UHGV virus genome: UHGV-0071990
Reading direction: 5' to 3' (one strand)
Origin: a virus
DNA: 18,057 nucleotides
Part shown: piece by piece, positions 1-5,965 of the stretch
How the letters are laid out: each line of letters opens with the position of its first letter
How positions within the stretch are numbered: position 1 is the first letter of the stretch
Notes under the pieces: generated by a model
What the model was told of the DNA's origin: nothing
What the model saw: the letters and a program-made list of their open reading frames with translations, nothing else
Database searches by the model: none
Made by a program: the position numbers and the translations under genes

Positions 1-532
1 CACCATAACCGATAGCCCCCCTTCAGACACACCCCCCCCTCCCCCCAGACAGGGTGCCCTTTACCGGAGTTCCGGCCCCTTCTCAAAAGCATCAAAAAAA
101 GCTCGAGATCGAGTACCGGAACTCATGCCACCAGATAGCTCCACATCGTTTCCAATGCTTCGCCGCCGTGTGCGCCCTGTGGCCCACAATCATGCCATTG
201 GTCGTCTGATATACCTTCTTCTGCTCATTGAGCACAGGCGAGTTGTCGCACTCCTGCCTTTCTCAGACTCGACTTAGTTTAGATCGCTGTTCCTGGCTTG
301 CGTCAGCACACTTTCCCCTTGTACGCATACCCGCGCGCCACTTCGCCCAAAAACACCGAACCCAACGAAGTGGCAAAGACAACGACGCGAGCGTGAGTCT
401 GAAATGGGCACCAGTAAAAAAGGGGTTGCAGGCGCAAAAAGATTTGATTATCTTTAGACGCAAGAAAGCCGCCCCAATCAAGAGGTGTCTTTTTAAATCC
501 AGCCTACCAAGCAAGATTTAAATTTCAGACTG

Positions 533-557
533 AAAACCGCCCGGCAAGGCGGTTTTT
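533..557. terminator. GC-rich hairpin (AACCGCC-loop-GGCGGTT) flanked by an A-run upstream and T-run downstream; possible bidirectional intrinsic terminator
   Basis: Seen directly: aaaaccgcccggcaaggcggtttttgtctttc. It lies just downstream of the minus-strand HTH gene ending at 618 and at the end of the low-coding region 1-530. Confidence 0.5.
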
Positions 558-617
558 GTCTTTCTGGCGCTTACATTACACCACCATAAAACGATCCGTA
601 AAGGATCATTTGATCCC

Positions 618-878
618 TTATTCCAATTCTGACGACACTTTAACCTTTTCCCATACAAGGGTTTGCAGCCTTAACAGAATCGCATCTTTATCAAGGTGTG
701 AAAGATCCTTAACCATATCGTCAAACGACAGAACGCGAATGGCCATCTCAATGACCCTCGGCGGCTCACCCTTCTCATATCGCTTATATGTAGCCAACGA
801 TATCCCAAACTCTTCGGCGGCTCGCTCCTGCGTCCAGTTCATCCCACGACGCCATAATTTCAATTCGTAACCCGTCAT
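618..878 (-). CDS. XRE/Cro-CI-type helix-turn-helix transcriptional regulator (86 aa)
   Basis: Translation MTGYELKLWRRGMNWTQERAAEEFGISLATYKRYEKGEPP has the typical HTH_XRE signature. ATG at 878 is preceded by AGAGGA. It is divergent from the gene at 980. Confidence 0.8.
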   Translation of the reverse strand: MTGYELKLWRRGMNWTQERAAEEFGISLATYKRYEKGEPPRVIEMAIRVLSFDDMVKDLSHLDKDAILLRLQTLVWEKVKVSSELE

Positions 879-979
879 TACATCCTCTACCTTTCCCTAG
901 ATATTCAATAAATTAGACATAGCCACTCACAACAAAGTAAGATGTATTAACAATCCAATCTTTAGGCTTTAGGTAAAAA

Positions 980-1405
980 ATGAGTTCATCTGCTTTTGTC
1001 ACCGTGGTCACTGGTGTAAGTGTTTTTGTTCTAGGCCAACTCATCGTCAAAGGAGCTATTGAGCCTTACATTTCATTCAGGGAACAACTAGGGAAAATAT
1101 CCAATCTGTTATTGTGTAACCAAGCAAAAATAGTGAATTCTGGCTCGAACTTAAAGCCAGAAATCATTCATGATCTAAAAGATTCCGCAGCACAATTAAT
1201 GGCGAAATATTCCACTTTACCTTTCTATATCAAAAAGTTACATATCGGCTTTCGTCTTGTTCCATCAGCCACCGAGATTCTTGGGGCAGCTCGAAATTTG
1301 AACTATATAGCGTCAATACATGAAGGTAAGACTGGGGAGAATCCATCTAAGCATCTCGAAGAGATTGGCCATATGCTCAAAATACCAACTACCTATTCAA
1401 GCTAA
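980..1405 (+). CDS. Hypothetical small membrane-anchored protein (141 aa) with one N-terminal hydrophobic helix; low-GC cargo gene
   Basis: ORF has an ATG with an AGGT Shine-Dalgarno-like motif upstream. The N-terminus AFVTVVTGVSVFVLGQLIV is hydrophobic. Local GC is visibly lower than the flanks. I recognise no family. Confidence 0.55.
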   Translation: MSSSAFVTVVTGVSVFVLGQLIVKGAIEPYISFREQLGKISNLLLCNQAKIVNSGSNLKPEIIHDLKDSAAQLMAKYSTLPFYIKKLHIGFRLVPSATEILGAARNLNYIASIHEGKTGENPSKHLEEIGHMLKIPTTYSS

Positions 1406-1473
1406 CCCAATGTAAGTTATCGGCTTGCCCCACAATAAGTTATCTATCTTCAAACGCCCCTATATTAACACTC

Positions 1474-1498
1474 GCAAAGTGTCAAAATGACACTTTGC
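1474..1498. terminator. Perfect 11-bp inverted repeat (GCAAAGTGTCA-AAA-TGACACTTTGC) between convergent genes; hairpin, possible terminator or protein-binding site
   Basis: Seen directly. There is no strong T-tract on either side, so terminator function is uncertain. Confidence 0.35.
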
Positions 1499-1507
1499 GC
1501 ATTGTGT

Positions 1508-1888
1508 TTACTTAACGAGGAATAAAAATGGTTTATCGTTCGGCGGTGTAATCGGGGCTGGCTCGCTTTTGCTCATGCGATCAGTGTACCAGGCCAACTC
1601 CTTGTCAAAGTAAGCCTGATTAAAATAGGCCATGAATGTGGTTTCAAATCCATAACGACCGCTAATACGCAGCATCTGATTGCCGTTCTCTGTTTCCAGA
1701 TATACCTGGGCACGTTCCTGATTCTCCTTCAGCCAGGTTAAAGCCTCGTCGCACGAGGACACACGATACTCATCATCGTAGCCGTCATCGATGCGGCTTG
1801 AAGAAGAACGGCAAATCACGCCAACAGAACCAGCCAGGATAGTTTGAATTTTAAGGAAAGCGTTTTTGCGGATTTTGATCATGCTCAT
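1508..1888 (-). CDS. Hypothetical protein (126 aa), unknown function
   Basis: ORF with ATG at 1888 preceded by GGAGA at appropriate spacing. It has its own upstream intergenic region (1889-2007). No family recognised with confidence. Confidence 0.6.
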   Translation of the reverse strand: MSMIKIRKNAFLKIQTILAGSVGVICRSSSSRIDDGYDDEYRVSSCDEALTWLKENQERAQVYLETENGNQMLRISGRYGFETTFMAYFNQAYFDKELAWYTDRMSKSEPAPITPPNDKPFLFLVK

Positions 1889-2007
1889 CGGGTTATCTCC
1901 GGTTTAACCAGGGCGGGTATCGCTCGGTTTCGGGTATAACCTTAGGAAATTTTTTCCCATCTGTAAAGCAGTTTTATATAAATCTATAATTATATAATTC
2001 TATGAGC

Positions 2008-2035
2008 ACAAAAAAGCCCCTTTGCAACAGGGGCT
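2008..2035 (-). terminator. Rho-independent terminator for the toxin-antitoxin operon
   Basis: Hairpin AGCCCCT-ttgcaac-AGGGGCT. On the minus strand it is followed by a T-run (plus-strand A-run 2010-2014). It sits 16 bp downstream of the antitoxin stop. Confidence 0.6.
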
Positions 2036-2050
2036 TATCATTCGTTCTGA

Positions 2051-2350
2051 TCAGATGTTAAACGCTATTCGTTTTCCTGTGGGAAGCTCAACATCCAGGC
2101 TTAATTTGCCTCCCATAGCTTCAACGTAACGCTTTAATGTCGCCAGCTTTAAATCATTTCCGCGCTGCTCCAGCTTTGTTACTGCTGGCTGACTAATACC
2201 CATCGCCTCAGCAACCTGTTTTTGTGATAACTGGAGTTCTTCACGCATCATCTGCAAGCCGACCTCAAGAATCATCTCATCTGCCATTTCTTTAATTCGC
2301 GCCTGGCTTTCCGGTGAACGGCTGGCAATCACCTCATCTAATGTTCTCAT
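2051..2350 (-). CDS. HTH (XRE-type) antitoxin of a type II toxin-antitoxin pair, HigA-like addiction-module antidote (99 aa)
   Basis: HTH motif LSQKQVAEAMGISQPAVTKLEQRG. Its start overlaps the stop of the upstream toxin gene by 1 nt (TAATG). Toxin-first gene order is typical of HigBA-type modules. Confidence 0.8.
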   Translation of the reverse strand: MRTLDEVIASRSPESQARIKEMADEMILEVGLQMMREELQLSQKQVAEAMGISQPAVTKLEQRGNDLKLATLKRYVEAMGGKLSLDVELPTGKRIAFNI

Positions 2351-2697
2351 TACTTGCTCTCCAGTGTGTTCAGATGTGCTGCAAACTCATCCTCAGCTAT
2401 ACGCACCAGTTTTTTATAAAACCGCTTATCGTTACTTTTGTCTCCTGCACAAAGAACGATAGCCCGGCGAATCGGATCGAACGCATAAAAGGCTCTTATC
2501 GGACGGCCAGAAAACTGAACGCGAAGCTCTTTCATATTTTTGTACCGAGAACCTTTTACGGTATCGGCATATGGCCTGGGTAACTCAGGTCCGTAAACCT
2601 GTAGATTTTTCAAATCAGCCAAAACCTTTTCCTGAAGAGCGTCTTCTTGCTCATTTAGCCAGTCGTCAAATCGCTGGCTAAAAAGTACCGTCCACAT
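2350..2697 (-). CDS. RelE/ParE-superfamily (HigB-like addiction-module killer) toxin, about 115 aa
   Basis: Translation has the conserved pattern of this family (KELRVQFSGRPIRAFYAFDPIRRAIVLCAGDKSNDKRFYKKL). The likely true start is the ATG at 2697, preceded by AGGA; the ORF track extends to a TTG at 2703. Confidence 0.8.
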   Translation of the reverse strand: MWTVLFSQRFDDWLNEQEDALQEKVLADLKNLQVYGPELPRPYADTVKGSRYKNMKELRVQFSGRPIRAFYAFDPIRRAIVLCAGDKSNDKRFYKKLVRIAEDEFAAHLNTLESK

Positions 2698-2706
2698 GAT
2701 CAATCC

Positions 2707-2752
2707 TATAACCTGTGGTTTATATCACTAACTATATAACCCGTAGGTTATA
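2707..2752. promoter_or_regulatory. Two palindromic operator-like sites (TATAACC-n3/4-GGTTATA) in the toxin-antitoxin promoter region
   Basis: Seen directly: tataacctgtggtttata (2707-2724, imperfect) and tataacccgtaggttata (2735-2752, perfect 7-bp arms). They lie immediately upstream of the toxin start, as expected for antitoxin autoregulation. Confidence 0.45.
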
Positions 2753-2941
2753 ATTTCAAGAAAAACGGGGCTATTTAACATAATGGACGTTATCGGCACC
2801 ACCGGATCACCGTTCATTGTCGGATCTAAAAAATCCGCTCAAAAGATCATGTTTTCCTGGGCGTTTTCCACCGTTTTTTATGTTGCTTATTTGTTAATGA
2901 GATCTCGTTTTCAGTTTCGCCTCATTTTCGACGCGAAAGCC

Positions 2942-3232
2942 CTATTTTTGTGACTTTACTCCTGGCATATGGACTTCCCAGCGCCGAATCCCCATAGCTG
3001 CGCAAAAATCAGCCACATAATTCAATCCCGCCCATTCGCGGATACCACCGCGGGCTTTTTCAATGAAAACGGCAATCCCTTTTTTATTGAGAGCAAAAAG
3101 CCGCCAGCTTTTTGTCACTTCGTCCTGGGTAGCCACAACACAAGTGAAAGCTCCCATGCGATACAGGTCCAAGAACTCTTTGCGTGTTTTGCGTACAAGT
3201 TCCACAACAAACCTCATATTTGCATGTTTCAA
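2942..3232 (-). CDS. Hypothetical protein (91-96 aa), second gene of a two-gene operon
   Basis: ORF whose start region (TTG 3232 or ATG 3217) overlaps or abuts the stop of the upstream gene (TGA at 3229-3231), suggesting translational coupling. There is no obvious Shine-Dalgarno motif. No family recognised. Confidence 0.5.
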   Translation of the reverse strand: MKHANMRFVVELVRKTRKEFLDLYRMGAFTCVVATQDEVTKSWRLFALNKKGIAVFIEKARGGIREWAGLNYVADFCAAMGIRRWEVHMPGVKSQK

Positions 3233-3528
3233 ACATCTGTTTTGTTATCAATGAAGATTAATCCCAACCCAGCGAAGTAACACAGCAGCGCCCAGGCTGC
3301 ATACGGAATGCTGGATCTGGATGTGGACTCCTTTAACATCTGCCAATTGCGAACATTGCGACTGTCTTTTAGGCCAAGTTTTTTAGCCAACTGCGAGCCA
3401 CTCATTCCAGTCAGGCCAATGACTGCCCGAACTTCTCCACATGTAGGAGATTCCCATTCATCCGCTTTTTTTAAACAAGCCGGATTCAACATTTTTAAAA
3501 CAGTATCTTTATCCATAATCATCTCCAT
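3229..3528 (-). CDS. Putative HTH DNA-binding protein with a C-terminal hydrophobic segment (95-99 aa)
   Basis: HTH-like stretch RAVIGLTGMSGSQLAKKLGLKDSRNV and hydrophobic C-terminus IPYAAWALLCYFAGLGLIFI. The likely start is the ATG at 3516, preceded by GGAG. A palindrome TAGGAAA-tct-TTTCCTA sits at 3547-3563 just upstream. Confidence 0.55.
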   Translation of the reverse strand: MEMIMDKDTVLKMLNPACLKKADEWESPTCGEVRAVIGLTGMSGSQLAKKLGLKDSRNVRNWQMLKESTSRSSIPYAAWALLCYFAGLGLIFIDNKTDV

Positions 3529-3724
3529 TTATTACATCTACGATGGTAGGAAATCTTTTCCTATGTGGCAATAAAAATTTACCACGTTTCGTATAAGACA
3601 AGTTTTCTATGCCTAATAGGAAATGATGATTCTTACGTTTTATCACGTTCTGATGGCTACTGTGTGCGTATTTATCAACGTTTATTGATAAGGCTCGCCC
3701 CTTCCTCCTGCAAAGCCCGGCCGT

Positions 3725-3876
3725 AGGCCTTATTTCGGCCTTATATAAATTGATTTTGTATAGTTCGAAACGCGCCGTTTCGAAAAGAATGATCAGGCTG
3801 CTCCATGCCTCCGGCAAGTGCCGGAGGAGGTATATTTGAGCGTAGCGACTCGAACCGGCGCGAGCTTTAGCTCGCT
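3725..3876. repeat. Cluster of four GC-rich hairpins in an otherwise AT-rich intergenic region
   Basis: Seen directly: AGGCC-ttatttc-GGCCT (3725-3741); TTCGAAACG-cgc-CGTTTCGAA (about 3765-3785); CCTCCGG-caagtg-CCGGAGG (about 3808-3827); GCGAGC-ttta-GCTCGC (3861-3876). Function unknown. Confidence 0.4.
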
Positions 3877-3899
3877 GCAAGGGCGAACATATTCACAGG

Positions 3900-4159
3900 C
3901 AAAGCCTGCGTAAGTTAAATAAAGAAAGTCTTAATAAAAGAAAGTGATTTTGCATTTATTTGTTTAGTGCATCTATTATAAAAAACCATTTGCATATACA
4001 TATCAAAACTGTGGATAACTTAATTAGCCGATGCCTGTAAAGGCGATATTTACGCTGTGTTCAGGTTTAGAGAAAATTAACTTAGATTATTTTTTGAACA
4101 GATATTTTATTGCGACGTAGATAATCCTCCGGTAAAACCGGATTCATCATTCAGGTGGG
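3900..4159. other. Candidate plasmid-type replication origin (oriR-like): AT-rich region immediately downstream of repA
   Basis: Very AT-rich stretch located 3' of the RepA gene, which is where oriR lies in IncFII replicons. It contains a perfect DnaA box. No ORF of 60 aa or more is present. Confidence 0.4.
4010..4018 (-). promoter_or_regulatory. Consensus DnaA box (TTATCCACA on minus strand)
   Basis: Plus strand reads TGTGGATAA at 4010-4018, a perfect 9/9 match to the DnaA box consensus. Confidence 0.5.
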
Positions 4160-5008
4160 TTAATGTTGAAGTGATTTCCAGGTCTTTCTTAGCCTGTTAT
4201 AACGCTGCTCAACGAGGGAGCGTAAATATGCAAGGTCAGCACCAGGATACATGCCATCAGCAAACTCCTGGCTAACCTCTCTAGTGATTTGATGACGAAG
4301 TTCGGCCTCTCCCTTTTCCCGGACAAGACGCGCAGCTCTCTCCGCTGCTTTCTGTTTTGCCTTTATCTCTCTGGCCGTCTTCCTCTGACGCCATACATTC
4401 TCCATCTGCTCCTGAATAACAATACGCTTATAATCAGCCTCCGTTATCGCTTTTTTAAGCCGTTCGCTATTCTTCGCATTGAAGTAATTAAGTTTCTGGC
4501 TAACCGCACGTCTCCATGCTTGTTCAGTAATACCAACGGTTTCCAGCAGTTGATCACGAATCTCTATTTTCGCTGGCCAATACTGTTTATTCACCCGATC
4601 CCAGCGACGTTCATAATCAATAAAACCTAACGCTTTCAGTTGCGACAACGCCCTTGTACAGCGCGTTATAGACTTGTTCCCAGCTTCAGATACGGTAGAC
4701 AGGCCGCAAAAATCAGCCAACGCCTCAGCACTAGCCAGAACCCGCTTAGAAATGATGTTTACATGGTGCAAAATCGCAGCGATCACAGCATTAATCGCCC
4801 GACGACGATGCTCGTTTATCCGGCGCTTCCGCTCTGACGGTTGATTAACGTAGAACGCAACCTCACACGTAAGATCACGCCCATTAATGCGCTGTAAAGC
4901 ATCAGATAACACCAGTGGCAGCTTGTGCGTATGGTGCTTTGGAGGCTGGAACTCCGGCGATAAATTACAAACGTAAGCTGAACGTAGAGACGGCATTGGT
5001 CTATCCAT
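4160..5008 (-). CDS. repA: Plasmid replication initiator, IncFII RepA-family (about 282 aa from ATG at 5008)
   Basis: Translation contains RRAINAVIAAILHH...CGLSTVSEAGNKSITRCTRALSQLKALGFIDY and a basic, coiled C-terminus, which resembles the R1/R100 RepA1 protein as I remember it. The ORF track extends in-frame to 5170, but the ATG at 5008 gives the expected size. Confidence 0.75.
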   Translation of the reverse strand: MDRPMPSLRSAYVCNLSPEFQPPKHHTHKLPLVLSDALQRINGRDLTCEVAFYVNQPSERKRRINEHRRRAINAVIAAILHHVNIISKRVLASAEALADFCGLSTVSEAGNKSITRCTRALSQLKALGFIDYERRWDRVNKQYWPAKIEIRDQLLETVGITEQAWRRAVSQKLNYFNAKNSERLKKAITEADYKRIVIQEQMENVWRQRKTAREIKAKQKAAERAARLVREKGEAELRHQITREVSQEFADGMYPGADLAYLRSLVEQRYNRLRKTWKSLQH

Positions 5009-5018
5009 ATGTTCGCTC

Positions 5019-5046
5019 TTGCGTCCACGGAAAACCAACGTATAAT
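5019..5046 (+). promoter_or_regulatory. Sigma70-like promoter (-35 TTGCGT, 16-bp spacer, -10 TATAAT) directing transcription antisense to the repA leader
   Basis: Seen directly: ttgcgt at 5019-5024 and tataat at 5041-5046. Together with the terminator at 5105-5135 it defines a roughly 80-nt transcript. Confidence 0.5.
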
Positions 5047-5052
5047 GGGAGT

Positions 5053-5135
5053 TGTCGAGGCGCCCATGGATTGTTTTGTTGGTTTTCCGTGGATGTCGCA
5101 AGAAGCCCGCAGATTTATCTGCGGGCTTTTTGTTT
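5053..5135 (+). ncRNA. Putative CopA-like antisense RNA complementary to the repA mRNA leader (copy-number control)
   Basis: Promoter at 5019-5046 followed about 60 nt later by a strong intrinsic terminator. The unit lies 45-130 nt upstream of the repA start on the opposite strand, the same layout as CopA/CopT in IncFII plasmids. The transcription start is inferred, not observed. Confidence 0.5.
5105..5135 (+). terminator. Rho-independent terminator (GCCCGCAGA-ttta-TCTGCGGGC followed by TTTTTGTTT)
   Basis: Seen directly: a perfect 9-bp stem, 4-nt loop and T-tract on the plus strand. Confidence 0.65.
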
Positions 5136-5174
5136 CCATATCTGGTCAGTTTCCAACCAGACACCCACAATCGT

Positions 5175-5191
5175 AACCACGTTACGTGGTT
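5175..5191. promoter_or_regulatory. Perfect 17-bp palindrome (AACCACGT-T-ACGTGGTT) upstream of repA; candidate operator
   Basis: Seen directly, between the invertase stop (5321) and the repA leader. Confidence 0.3.
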
Positions 5192-5320
5192 TTAAGAGAA
5201 CTCTACCACAACACTTTCGGTCATGCACGAAGTCTCTCGCTAATCGAACGATAATCCACCAGTAAAAGGATCTAAATCGGATCTCGTGTTGCGAGCATCA
5301 TACTACTGGTCTTACTCCAG

Positions 5321-5875
5321 TCAATGATTCCCAGCCGGAAACCTGCGGTAAAGCGTGGATAAAGCAACATCGAAGATAATCGCTATCTGTTTACGTGAAA
5401 CACCATTCGCAATAAGCCTTCCGACCTGTTCCCATTGCTCTGGAGCCAGTTTTGAGCGGCGCCCCCCTATCCTGCCGTTAGCCCTTGCCACCGCTAATCC
5501 CGCACGCGTTCTTTCAATAATATTTTCCCGCTCCATTTCTGCGACCGCACTCAGCATTGTGTAGGCAAAGCGGCCAATTGATGTGCTAATTTTTATTCCT
5601 TCTGTAACAGAAATAAACTCAATGTTGTTTGATAAAAAATAGTTAAGTAATTCAACAAGATGAATCAGAGAACGTCCCATTCTGTCCAGCTTCCAGACAA
5701 TAACCGTATCGCCCGGCCGTAACGCTTTTATCAGCTTATCCAGTCCTGGTCGTTTTGACTTCGCGCCAGATATTTTATCTTCAAAAATCCGGTCACATCC
5801 TGAACTCCTGAGCGCTTCCAGTTGTAATTCCAAATTCTGGTCAAAAGTTGACACTCTCGCATAGCCGTATTGCAT
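5321..5875 (-). CDS. Serine-recombinase DNA invertase of the Hin/Gin/Cin/Pin family (184 aa)
   Basis: N-terminal catalytic motif GYARVSTFDQNLELQ, then VWKLDRMGRS, AEMERENIIERTRAGL, GRIGGRR and a C-terminal HTH (RKQIAIIFDVALSTLYRR), all collinear with Gin/Pin as I remember them. It lies directly adjacent to a crossover site. Confidence 0.93.
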   Translation of the reverse strand: MQYGYARVSTFDQNLELQLEALRSSGCDRIFEDKISGAKSKRPGLDKLIKALRPGDTVIVWKLDRMGRSLIHLVELLNYFLSNNIEFISVTEGIKISTSIGRFAYTMLSAVAEMERENIIERTRAGLAVARANGRIGGRRSKLAPEQWEQVGRLIANGVSRKQIAIIFDVALSTLYRRFPAGNH

Positions 5876-5939
5876 ACTTTCTAACCCGCAATTGTTGCTA
5901 AAAGCGGGAAAAAATATCGTTCAGACGACACGGAGGCAA

Positions 5940-5965
5940 TTCTCAAAAACCTCGGTTTGCAGGAA
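5940..5965. promoter_or_regulatory. 26-bp invertase crossover site 1 (gix/cix/pix-like), core TC at 5952-5953
   Basis: TTCTCAAAAACC-TC-GGTTTGCAGGAA. The inner half is a perfect inverted copy of the inner half of site 2, and the outer half matches 9 of 12. It resembles the gix consensus TTCCTGTAAACCGAGGTTTTGGATAA. Confidence 0.8.

Noticed and set aside
228-521. Overlapping ORFs 228..521 (+, 97 aa) and 263..514 (-, 83 aa)
   Set aside because: The translations are low-complexity and Arg/Ser/Leu-rich with no Shine-Dalgarno motif. They overlap each other on opposite strands and the region carries homopolymer C tracts. I treat it as non-coding or unknown rather than calling either as a gene.
2314-3574. 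Plus-strand ORFs 2314..2583, 2969..3280, 3063..3254, 3308..3574
   Set aside because: Antisense to the toxin-antitoxin genes and the HTH/unknown pair, which have better start signals and operon structure.
3509-3880. ORF 3509..3880 (-, 123 aa)
   Set aside because: It runs through the GC-hairpin cluster and the promoter/operator region of the HTH gene, and the translation is Arg/Lys-rich and atypical. Most likely spurious.
3831-3880. Possible tRNA fragment or attachment-site remnant (GGTTCGAGTCG resembles a T-loop)
   Set aside because: No acceptor, D or anticodon arms can be built around it. The stem partners do not pair as a T-arm, and the loop of the adjacent hairpin is 4 nt rather than 7.
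4289-5265. ORFs 4289..4630, 4640..4837, 4915..5265 (+) and 4816..5139 (-) overlapping repA
   Set aside because: They are antisense or out-of-frame to a well-supported RepA gene with no independent signals. The short plus-strand antisense unit here is better explained as a non-coding RNA.
5355-5564. ORF 5355..5564 (+, 69 aa) inside the invertase gene
   Set aside because: Antisense to a high-confidence invertase CDS. Spurious.
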